NCBI RefSeq assembly: GCF_963921235.1
Contig: NC_086097.1
Location: forward strand, 125,800,001-125,864,000
Source: Mobula hypostoma
Taxonomy: Eukaryota
Length of the DNA: 64,000 bases
Reading direction: 5' to 3'
In this document: in pieces, positions 1-11,900 of the stretch
Layout of the letters: each line of letters begins with the position of its first letter
Numbering within the stretch: position 1 is the stretch's first letter
Notes under the pieces: generated by a model
The model's input: the letters and a program-made list of their open reading frames with translations, nothing else
Databases searched by the model: none
Told to the model about the DNA's origin: nothing
Made by a program: the position numbers and the translations under genes

Positions 1-1120
1 GATCATTACTAATACCTCCACAATCTCTTCAGCCAGCTTCTTTCAGAACCCTGAGGTGTAGAACATTTGGTCCAGGTGATTTATCTATCTTCAGATCTTT
101 CAGCTTCCCAAGCACCTTCTTCCCTAGAAATGACAATATCCCTCACATCTGCCCCCTGACATTCTCAAATTTCTGGCATGCTGTTAGTGCCTTTTACCCT
201 GAAGACTAATGCAAAATACTTATTCAGTTCACCCACCATCTCCTTGTCCTCCATTACTACTGCTCCAGCATAATTTTCCAGTGGTCCAATATGTAGTCTT
301 GCCTCTCTTTATATAATATGATGGAACTTCTGGTATTTCTTTAATATTACTGGCTAGCTTACCTTCATATTCCATCGTTTCTTTCTTTATGATTTTTTGT
401 TGCCTTCTTTGATTTTTAAAGCTTCCCAATCCTCTAACTTTCCACTAATTTTTGTTCTATTACATGCCCTCTGGCTTTTATGTTGGTTTTGACTTCCCTT
501 GTCAGTCATGGTTGGGCCATCCTTCCTTTAGAACATGACTACTTCTTTGGGATGTATCTATCCTGTACCTTCTGAATTGCTCCCGGAAACTCTAGCCGTT
601 CTTGCTCTACTGCCATTCCTTCTAGTGTTCCCTTCCAACCAATTTGGCCAGCTCCTCTCTCATGCCTCTGTAATTCCCTTTACTCCACTGCAATACTGAT
701 ACATCTGACCTTAGCTCCTCCTTCTCAAATTGCAGGGTGAATTCTAACATATTACAATCACTGTCCCCTAAGGCTTCCTTTACCTTAGGCTCTCTGATCA
801 ATTCTGGTTCATTGCACAACAGCCAATCCAGAATAGCCAGTCCCCTAGTGGGCCTAACCATGAGCTACTCCAAATAGCCATCTTACAGGCATTCTACAAA
901 TTCCTCCCTCTTGGGATCCAGCACCAACCTGATTTTTCTAATCTACCTGCAGATTGAAATCTTTTGACATGCATTTTCTATCTCTTGTTGTAATTTGTAG
1001 CCCACACCTTTGCTACAGTTCAGAGGTCTGTATTTAACTCCCATCAGTGTCTTTTTAACCCTTGCTGGCTTTTGGCTCGATCCACACAGATTCTACACCT
1101 CCAATCCTTTGTCACCTTTC
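1..1120 (-). mobile_element. Degenerate CR1 LINE ORF2 fragment (AP endonuclease end and linker)
   Basis: ORF remnants PTRGLAILDWLLCNEPELI...LGDSDCNMLEF resemble the CR1 at 54495; boundaries approximate. Confidence 0.85.
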
Positions 1121-1409
1121 TAAGGATGTTTTATGTGACTGAGGTGTTGGATATCTTTATTTTCATGCAAGAATACCATTAAGCATTTTTAAAAGCCATT
1201 TCCTGTTATTTAAAGCTGGGTTGTCTGAGTTGTGGCACATACAATAACCACAATTTTAAATCTAGCACTGCCCATCTAGTCTACTTTAAAGAATATTTCA
1301 GATTTAGTGACTAGCATATATTTTGCAAAAATCTGAGCAAAAAATAAGGATATTTCTCAAACATAGTAGAACTGAGAAATTTTCATTTGGATTAACTAAT
1401 CCATTCATA

Positions 1410-1795
1410 AGAACACAAGTAGGAGAGTAGATCAATAAGATAATGGCTGACCTAACCATAGACTCATCTCCACCTACCAGCCTTTACTCCATAACCCTTA
1501 CTTCCCCTACTATGCGAAAATCTACCCAACCTTGTCTTGTCTGAGGTAGCCTCCACTGCTTCATTGGGCAAGGAATTCCAGATTCACCACCCTCTGGGAA
1601 AAGTAGTTCCTTCTCATCTCTGTCCTAAACCTACTCCCCCGAATCTTGAAGCTATGTCCCCTAGTGGAAACAACTTTCCTGCCTCTATTTTATGTATCCC
1701 TCTCATAATTTTATGTTTCTATAAGATGTCCTTTCATTCTTCTGAATTCGAGCAAATACAGTCCCAGGTGACTCAATCTCTCCTCATAATCTAAC
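1410..1795 (-). mobile_element. Degenerate CR1 3' end
   Basis: Similar to the 3' end of the 4317-5067 copy ([14 protein letters not shown] coding and 3' UTR). Confidence 0.75.
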
Positions 1796-1879
1796 TTAGA
1801 TCTTGATTCACTTTTTAAAATGGTTTAATTTACATTCAGTACAACTAATCTTCCCAGTTGGTATATGTTGTGCACATAC

Positions 1880-1927
1880 CAATGCGCTCAAGACTTCATG
1901 CTGATCTTCAATCCTTTGTAAAGCTGA
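1880..1927 (-). CDS. UBR5: Candidate alternative 48-nt cassette exon of UBR5: SALQRIEDQHEVLSAL
   Basis: CTGAC branch point, ttgtttttctcag acceptor, TTG|GTATGT donor, phase 0/0, no stop. Not in the canonical protein as I recall it. Confidence 0.45.
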
Positions 1928-2116
1928 CTGAGAAAAACAATGAAGTCTTGTCAGATGCAACTTTAAATTGACAAAGCTCTTATTTTAACTTGCATGGCAC
2001 TGCAGTATGAAAGATACATTAGCTGAAAGAAAAACACCGACTAGTCAAGCTTCAAAAAAATTATTACAGGTATGCATCACACAGATATAGATTAAAGACT
2101 AGCTTTATTTGTCACA

Positions 2117-2356
2117 GGCCACAGGCTGGCTGGTGGCATAGTGGCATCAGTGCTGGACTTCGGGGCGAGAGGTCCCGAGTTTGAATCTAGCTGGCTCCCG
2201 GTAAGATCTGGTGATTTCTTAAAAAAAAAATCTCACCCACTGGCAGACCACTGCTGTAACTTGCCTTGTACACGATTTCCCAGTACATCAGAGCGGCGTG
2301 GAAGGAAATCGTCTGCTAACTGGAAATAATTCGGGATGCAACATACCTTTTTTTTA
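2117..2356 (+). mobile_element. tRNA-derived SINE inserted into the tail of a V-SINE
   Basis: A-box TGGCATAGTGG and B-box GAGTTTGAATC; flanked by atttgtcaca / atttgtcata duplication (2107-2116 and 2357-2366). Confidence 0.7.
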
Positions 2357-2366
2357 ATTTGTCATA

Positions 2367-2662
2367 TGTACATTGAAACGTAGTGAACTATGTCATTTGC
2401 ATCAAATCTAGTAAGCTAGAATTGTGCTGAGCAGCCCACAAATGTTGCTACGCATCTAGCACCAACACAGCATGCCCACAACTCACGAATCCTAACCCAT
2501 ACAATCTTTGAAACTTGGGAGCAAACCAGAGCATCTGGAGAAACAACACACTGTCATAGAGAGAACATATAAATTCCTTACAGACAGTGGCATGAATCGA
2601 ACCCCGATCTTACACGGCATTGTAAAGCATTGTGCTAACTGCAACGCTACCGTGCTGCCCCG
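2367..2662 (-). mobile_element. V-SINE (HE1-like)
   Basis: tRNA-like head plus V-domain (TTTCTCCAGATGCTCTGGTTTGCTCCCA) on the minus strand. Confidence 0.75.
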
Positions 2663-2792
2663 TGTGGATATTTCTGAAATGTTATGTTTACTTTCAGATC
2701 TCCAGCATCTGCATATACTACATGAAAAGTGTCAAAATGAGAGAAGACTACATACAGAGTAATCATTGCTTGTGTATTTGGTTTAGCCTTAC

Positions 2793-2906
2793 CTCCAAGC
2801 AGTTTCTATCCACAGTTACTTCAGTTATACCTTTTCCAAGACCAGAACAGGATGAATATAGACCTTGACTTGGGCGACCAAATAAATCTTCTTTTCTAGC
2901 ATTGGG
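2793..2906 (-). CDS. UBR5: UBR5 exon (114 nt): [38 protein letters not shown]
   Basis: tttatag acceptor; GAG|GTAAGG donor; ends in phase 0. Confidence 0.95.
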
Positions 2907-5900
2907 CTATAAAGAGAAAAGAAAGTAGTAAATAAGGCTCTGGAGTAACAAACCATTTTGGCAAACATTCTTCACACTAACACAATTTACATAATTACCA
3001 ACATCAATGTAAAATCACTACCACTGTAGGAAACTTGAGGTGTCTGAAACCACCAGTGCTATTGTTTACCTGTAACAGGTGAGGTTGGTCTGCCAAAGGA
3101 ATTGCTTCGGCGAGAGAAACTTCAAAAGGATTTGGTGGAATGCAGCCAAGGAAGGTCATAGAATCAGAACGCCGAAAGAATGGATGGTTTTGCCCCGCTT
3201 CTGTGGACAGTGTTTCATCATCTTTATCATGGAGACCTGAACCTGAAAGAAAATGAACCATGCCGAGGTGACAGCTTATTTGGAGGTTCCCAGACTAACA
3301 TCCCAAATATCGAGACTGTAATTATACCTAGCTATGCTGTAAGGAACTTGTATGTTTCCCCCTCAACTGCATGGGGTTCCCTCCAAGTGTTCTGGTTTCC
3401 TCCCACATTTCAAAGATGTACGTATTAGTAGGTTAATTGGTCACAAGAGTGTAATTGAGCGGCACAGGTTCGTTAGATCATAAAGGCCTGTTATTGCACT
3501 GCATCTCTAAATAAATAATGCTGGCAGGCCATATAACATCGTTCCAGACTCTCTCATAGGAAGAGATTTTCAGGTGGACAGATGAAAACATGCAAAAGGT
3601 TGCTCAAAGCCTCTTGAAAACAACCCAACATTTCTTCTGACCCTTGGTAATCTCTGGCTGATGACCATTCAGAGAGAAGCTCAGGATGGCAAAGGTGGTG
3701 TTGGAAGCACAGATATATGGGACCATATCTGGGAGCACAGATATGCCTCACATTCTACCTACCCGTTTAACCCATCAGTCGTTACATGCCCTAACTGTAG
3801 AAGAGCCATGAACCTGAAGCTCCTTCACTAACCTCATTAGTCCAAGAGGTCACAAACCAGAGTGGAAACACGTCATTCCCTACACCAGAGGTTCCCAACC
3901 TGTGTTCTACAGACCCCTCAGTTAATGGTAGGGATCCATGTCATACCAAAGGTTGGGAACCCCTGCCGTACACCAAAGGTCTTCCCAAGCAGCAGCAGTA
4001 TCTGTGTGCAGTTTAAGCCAGTAATGATGTACAAATGAAATGGATTCTTTCAGACAGATCCCCAAGTCGTCAGGTCTGTAACGTAGCATGAATATTGGAA
4101 CATATATGATGGAACATCCCTCATATATACCCATGTGCCCTTCAAAACTGTACAAAATCAGTTTCTTATACATTTATGAACTTGCAATTTTGGACAGAAC
4201 AAGTTGGGAAAAAATTGAAAATCTACCTATAGATACCTACATCTAGTAAATAAATTCAATTTATTAACCCTGTTAACCCCATTTCCTGCCTTCTTCCCGT
4301 AACCCACAATCCGTTTACATAGAAACATAGAAAATAGGTGGAGTAGGCCATTCGGCCCTTCGAGCCTGCACCGCCATTTATTATGATCATGGCTGATCAT
4401 CCAACTCAGAACCCCGCCCCAGCCTTCCCTCCATACCCCCTGACCCCCGTAGCCACAAGGGCCATATCTAACTCCCTCTTAAATATAGCCAATGAACTGG
4501 CCTCAACAGCTTCCTGTGGCAGAGAATTCCACAGATTCACCACTCTCTGTGTGAAGAAGTTTTTCCTAATCTCGGTCCTAAAAGGCTTCCCCTCTATCCT
4601 CAAACTGTGACCCCTCGTTCTGGACTTCCCCAACATCGGGAACAATCTTCCTGCATCTAGCCTGTCCAATCCCTTTAGGATCTTATACGTTTCAATCAGA
4701 TCCCCCCTCAATCTTCTAAATTCCAACGAGTACAAGCCCAATTCATCCAGTCTTTCTTCATATGAAAGTCCCGCCATCCCAGGAATCAATCTGGTGAACC
4801 TTCTTTGTACTCCCTCTATGGCAAAGATGTCTTTCCTCAGATTAGGGGACCAAAACTGCACACAATACTCCAGGTGTGGTCTCACCAAGGCCTTGTACAA
4901 CTGCAGTAGTACGTCCCTGCTCCTGTACTTGAATCCTCTCGCTATAAATGCCAGCATACCATTCACCTTTTTCACCGCCTGCTGTACCTGCATGCCCACT
5001 TTCAATGACTGGTGTATAATGACACCCAGGTCTCGTTGCACCTCCCCTTTTCCTAATCGGCCACCTTACCAATCAAGAACCTATCAACCTCTGCTTTAAT
5101 GACTTGGCTTCCACAGTGTCTGAGGCAATGAATTCCACAGATGCGCCACCCTCAGGCTAAAGAAATTGTTCCTCATCATCACATATAGAGATTCACCTGG
5201 ACCTACAAATTAGGTTTTATGAATACCTAAGTGATTTGTCCAACACCTGAAGAAACTAAGGCCCCAAATTATCTTTAAATTATGCAGATATGAATCACAG
5301 GTCACTTATTAGTTCAGATAACTAAATTCAAGCTACATATTTCACTGAAGTGTGAGCAACAACAGAAATAAAAGGTGATCAGCAGGGATGGATGACAAGA
5401 TTGTCACAAGCAGAAGTTCTGCAGAGCAAGGAGATACACAACTGATCCCCTAATCACCACATCAATAATCCCAAAGCATTTAAGCGGATACCTATAAGAG
5501 TCTCTTATACAGGTTTTAGATGTCCACCCTTTACCCAATTTCGATTCATATTTTTCTATCACTGAAGTGGTGAGCCATCTTTGAAACTGGACTTCAAATC
5601 ACCTATTACGCCTTTAAGTTACTTCCAATTTCTATAGTTTTCATTTACCCCATATTATACCTAAAATATGCAAAAATAATACCAGCCACTATGGAAAAAT
5701 TGTCTAGTACAACATAATACAGAAGTCCATCACTAATTAGATTAGATAAAAAGATTAAATGAACAGACAAGAAGTTGGCAGAGTACAATGTGTGAAAAAG
5801 TGATGTTATCCATGATGAAAAAGTAAAATAAAACGATTTAAATGGAGTGAGACCACAAATGGTAGGAGATCTGGGAGTTCCAGTACATGAAACATGGGTG

Positions 5901-8900
5901 GCTGGTGTGCAAATACAGCAAAAGATTAAAAAGTGTAATGTAACATTCACCATCATTACAAGGGCCACAGAGCATAAAAGTAGGTTCTTTACAGGATGCT
6001 GGTGAGATCATACCTGGAGTATTCTTACAATTTCGACCTCCATATTTAAGGAACAAAGTGCTTACATTGGATGCAGTGCAGCAATGAGTCATTAGTTTGA
6101 TGCTTAGGATGTAGGGGTTGACATATGAAGAAAGGCTAAGCCTACATGCATTGGTGTATAAAAGACTGAAAGGTGATCTTGCTGAAACAAAATTTTGAAC
6201 AGGGAGACAAAAAATCATTTCATCCACTGGGGGATTCTAGAACTAGGGAACAGAGTTTCAAAATAAGGGGTTCCCTACTTCAGGTGGCAATGATGAAGAA
6301 TTTCTTCTTCTGGGATTTGGGAATCTTTGGAAGTTCCTGGAAAGTTGTAGGGATGTAGTGGAGAGTGGCAGAAATTTCAGGCTAGAGGGGCTGAGTCATG
6401 CCCTTATTTCTGAAGCATTGAAGTGCCATCAAAAATCAATTTCAGCTATGCAGAAGCAATAAAACATAATTGTGACTGTAACTCAATACACAATGCAAAC
6501 CAGCCTCCCCCTCCATTGACTCCATCTACACCACCTGCTGCCACAAGAAAGTAGCAAATATAATCATAGACCTCTCCCATCCAGGTCATCTTCCCCTCGC
6601 CCATTGGGCAGATCCCAAAGGTTTGAAAACATGTACGATCAGATTCAAGGTCTGCTTCTATCCTGCTGTTACCAGACATTTGAAAAGGACTAAAGATGAA
6701 TTCTTGATATGCCAGTCTACCTCTTCATGGTCCTTGTACTTTATTTACCTGCACTACACTTTCTTAGTGCTTACTACACTATATTCTGCAATTGTGTTCA
6801 TTTTACTTTTATATTGCATAATCTTTCTGGATGCAGACAAAAGATTTTTTATGGTATCCCAATACATATGACCATAACAAACAAAATTAATTCAAATTCC
6901 ACTAAAAAATAGAAAGAATAGCCTTGATATTCTGTAAACCGTTTCTACATTCAAATATACTTACTTTGATTGGTATCGTCTTCATTTTCATGTTCTGAAT
7001 CTTCATTGTCAAGACCCAATTCCAACAACTCTCGAGTTCTGCAACAACAGCATTAGATCCAAATATAAAACTTTCTTAGCTTGAAAGTAAAAGTTACTCA
7101 AATTACCTCAAGGACAGAAACTATTTTTCAAATTACCACAATGGACCACTTTTAGTTTTAAAAAACATTTTAACTCTAAAACCAAATCAGGTTTTACACC
7201 ACTGTGCAGCCCACTCAAAAAAAATATGCTGCTATCGGAAAAGTTTCAGTGTTTCAGCCTGCATTTATTCAGATACAGCGTGGAATAGGCCCTTCGAGAC
7301 ATGCTGCCTAGCAACTCCCGATTTAACCCTACCCGAATCACAGGACAATTTACAATGACCAATTAACCTACAACCGGTACATCTATGGACTGTGGGAAGA
7401 AACCGGAGCATCTGGAGGAAACCCATGCCTTCCCAGGAAGGACATACAAACTCCTTACGGAGGACAGTGGGAATTGAACCCAGGTGGCTGGTACTGTAAA
7501 ACATTGTGCTAACCACTACACTATCATGCCACCCGAGTTTAGGAAGATCCAAATACTGATGTACTCTGGAAATACTTGACCAATACAACACGGGAAATAT
7601 TTGTCAGTTTTTTTATTGATTGTTTTGGATTCAGCATCATCTAAGTTCTCTATAATTCACAGTTTTAGTTTCAAACATTATTCATTCTAAGGTGGTACTA
7701 TTTTGTTCCTAGACAGAGCAACAAGCATATATGCCTTATCAATGACAGAATTTGCAGCTGCATCGACAAGATCCACAGATCAAGAACAAAGATGCCAGTC
7801 CTATTTCCCCATTAACTTCTTGGAGTTACTGCAAATTTAGTAGTATTACTTATTAGGCTGCAAGGAACCCATCAACCCACCAAGAAATGATTAATTATAA
7901 TGAAACAAAAACTCTACAAATTATATAATCTCCACTCTAGTAAGAGTCAACTGGCCCAGAACAGAATATTTTACTCTGAAAGATACCATTCAGCCCTTTT
8001 AATTCTATACTGCCTTTCAGTAGAGCTTAACAAAAGCTGCAGTCCAGGAGCTCAGCATCTAAGCTAACTTGACATTGTTTGAAGTAAGGTATAACCATGG
8101 GTGCTCGTGCCATAACGACTTTAAAATAAAACCAGTTTTCCATCTATTTCCACAAAGATCTCTTGGTAGTAGTCAACAGCAGATTGATTTGGACATTCTG
8201 CCTAAAGTAATTTTATTTACTGTGCTGCTTACAAACTAACCACTGATGCTCACATTATTCATAGATCATTAAATATTTTGAAGAAATGATAAGCTTTAAG
8301 TAAATGCTCCCTACCTGTAATTAAAGGTAATATCCTTTGATTTTCCAGCAATGATTTCTCATTTCAGAACATTTCAAATACAAGAATGCCACAAAGTCCA
8401 ATAATCAAACTTTAAAGTGGATGAAGCAAATGATCAAAGCAAGAGGAGGACACAGCTGAATGAGCATAAAATTCAAATATGCAATTCAAATCTAATGCAA
8501 AAAATCCACAAGGAAAACTAAATACATTAGGATATGACCAGCATTGAGACTCAATGGGAGGAAATGGCTGTTGAAAGGCCAATTAAACCCTCATGGTTTT
8601 TCAACCTCTGCTCCAACTCAAAGACCTTCCCTCCTATGCCAGTACCAGAGCGGTTCTGGTGAAGATTCTCAACAGCATTACTGTCAAATCCACATCGTGT
8701 CAACATCCAACAGTAGTATTTCAGATAATAAAAGATGCAGCCTCAAAAAGGAGCAGGCCAGAAGAGACTGGTTCCTCTGTCATGGGCTACGTGGTCTGAT
8801 CCCTAAATGCCTTTCCTTTTACTAGGTCAGGAATGCGATGGAAATCTTGCCTGGGTAGGTAGATTCCCCAAGGATATCTATAGCTTATTGTTATGCTGTA

Positions 8901-11900
8901 AACCATGGACAGCGAGATTCCCACTGGATTTCAAATACACTGTTTTCAGCATTGGTGCATTCTACAAACCCCATTTCCAGAAAAGTTGGGATATTTTCCA
9001 AAATGCAATAAAAACAAAAATCTGTGATATGTTAATTCACGTGAACCTTTATTTAACTGACAAAAGTACAAAGAAAAGATTTTCAATAGTTTTACATCAC
9101 CTTTCCTTTTAATAACACCTTTTAATCGTTTTGGAACTGTGGATACTAATTGTAGTAGATTTGCAATTGGAAATTTTGTCCATTCTTGCTTGGTATAAGA
9201 CTTCAGCTGCTCAATAGTCCGTGGTCTCCGTTATCTGATTCTCCTCTTCATGATGTGCCATACATTTTCAATATGAGATAGATCTGGACTGGCAGTAGGC
9301 CAGTCAAGCACATGCACTCTGTCTACAAAGCCGCACTGTAGTAGCCCGTGCAGAATGTGGTCTGGCATTGTCCTGCTGAAATAAGCATGGACGTCCTGGG
9401 AAGAGACGTCGCCTTGATGGCAACATACATCTCTCTAAAATCCTAATATACGCCTCAGAGTCAATGGTACCTTCACATACATGCAACTCACCCATGCCGT
9501 GGGCACTGATGCACTCCCATACCATCACAGATGCTGGCTTTTGCATCTTTCGCTGATAACAATCTGGATGGTCGTTTTCATTTTTGGCACGGAGAACTCG
9601 ACGCCCGTTTTTTCCGAAAACTAGCTGAAATGTGGACTCATCTGACCACAGCATACGGTTCCACAGTCTTTCGTACCATCTGAGATGAGCTCGGGCCCAG
9701 AGAACTCGCCAGCGTTTCTGCATAGAGTTGATGTATGGCTTCCTCCTTGCGTAATACAGTTTCAAGTTGCATTTCTGGATACAGTGACGGACTGTGTTGA
9801 GTGACAATGGTTTTCCGAAGTACTCCCAATCTTGCGTTGAGAAATGTTCCTTTTGAACTGACTAACAATTCTCTCACAAATTTTGGCACAAAGGGGTGAG
9901 CCACAACCCATCCTTGCTTGCAAAGACTGAGCCTTTGATGGACGCTACTTTTATACCCAGTCATGATACCTCACCTGCTACCAATTAGCCTGCTTAAGGT
10001 GGAGTCTTCCAAACCGGTGTTACTTGAATATTCCGTGCACTTTTCAATGTTATTTTAACTCTGTCCCAACTTTTGTTGAGTGTGTTGCAGCCATCAAATT
10101 CTGAATTTGTGTATATTTACAAAATACAAGTTGGTCAGTAAACCATTGAAAATCTTTTCTTTGCACTTTTGTCAGTTAAATAAAGGTTCACGTGAATTAA
10201 CAGATCACAGATTTTTACTTTTATAGCACTTTGGAAAATATCCCAACTTTTCTGGAAATGGGGTTTGTAGTTACAATATACACACGCTACAGGAATCTTT
10301 GCCGAAATTCTTCCTTATCAGCTTCCATCAACATTAACAAACTTAGAATACTATTATCTCTGTGGAGGTAAATTCATTGGATACATTTAAAGAGGACTTG
10401 ATTAGGAAGGCTTCAAAGGTTACGGGCAGGAAGCAGGAGAATGGGACTGAGAGAGATAACAAATCAGACATGATGGAATGGTAGAACAGACTCAATGAAC
10501 CTAATGGCCTAGTTCTCTCTTATCTCCAAACTCTTCCAACACTTGCCTTCCTGACATGTACTTTTATTTAATCACTGAAAGGTCATGTTCTTGTAATATC
10601 CTGATTATACCATCATTCAGGTACAGAGAGCACAAGATTGACAGAAAAGACAATTAGATTTTTATCAATAGAAGCAGTTCAGTTTTCAGAATCCATCTTT
10701 TTAAAATTTGAACACAAGTACCGTTTTCGATCTAGTTGTGGTGTATCCAGTGTTGTCTGTTGATTCATTGCTTTAATCCAATAAATAAGTGCTTGGAAGA
10801 CGTACGCTACGTGCTTTAGTGAACAAACGTCCAGTACTGGCAGGACATCAGAATGTTCATCATTGTGCGAACGCATCAGAGAAAGAGCATAGTTAAGAAA
10901 ATCACCACGAGCAGACATCATTCCTTGACGGGCATTCAACAAGGTGGCACGCCTGGACAGGGATCAAAATATTGAAAAGAACAGAATATATATAAAAATT
11001 TAATATTCATCCTTCTTTGAATTAATTCAGCCTACACCAAAACAACTATTGAAACTGCCTTCAAACCCAAATTGGGGTACGATTTAGTTCTTCTTATCAA
11101 GGCTTTAATAAGACTAAGATTTTCATACAATGCTTTCCTCAAAAACATTACATTGATACACGCATAATGTCAGTATGTTCTCAAAGACCACTGATAGCTA
11201 TTTCAGAAAAATAGATATTTCCTAATATAAATCACTTGGGGGAAACATTTTTGTGTGCTGTTAATCAATTTCAATTTGAAATTGAGAAAGAAACTTCAAA
11301 AAAAATTTATATATAGTTACATGCCTGACAGAAATTTTGTCAAAAGTTCTTCTAAAATGGTAGCACCTATGATAACATTCTGCAATGACTATAACAGATA
11401 ATTTTTAAGGCTTAAATCAATAGTATTATGGTAAACAATAAACGTCCTTTGACCTGATAATGCTTTGCCTTCAACAACCAAATAATGTGCTATGCCGCAG
11501 TAAATCATTTTGGCAAGTCAACAGGTCATAATAGGTAATGCAACTAACAGACCATAACAGATAAACACCTCCAATATGATGATTCTCAACACTGGTGCCC
11601 TACAAAGCAGAGCCCTGAGCACACCTACTTTACTGTCGATATACTCATGACTGCATGACCAGATTCTGCTGTATCTACAAGTTTGCAGATGATAAATCAT
11701 AGTGGGCTGTACTCAGAGTGTAGTAACTTGATGGCATGACAAAAGCCTTTCCCATAATGTCAGCAAAATAAAAGAGGTGGTAATAAACTTCAGAAATACG
11801 AGTGGGGGGAGAGGATGCATATGCTCCTGTTTATATCAGCCGTACTGAGGTCGAGAGGGTTGAGAGCTTCAAGTTCCTAGGAGTAAACATCACCAGTACC

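Noticed and set aside
1..1870. Next canonical UBR5 exon (VLPTKMSY...)
   Set aside because: Not found; the region is CR1-derived, so the exon probably lies beyond position 1.
2124..2200. tRNA gene
   Set aside because: A- and B-boxes are present, but there is no convincing cloverleaf and the sequence continues into a SINE body with flanking duplication.
8308..8330. ttacag|gtaggg as a recursive splice site on the minus strand
   Set aside because: The intron is only about 3.7 kb, the pyrimidine tract is weak and such a motif is expected by chance.
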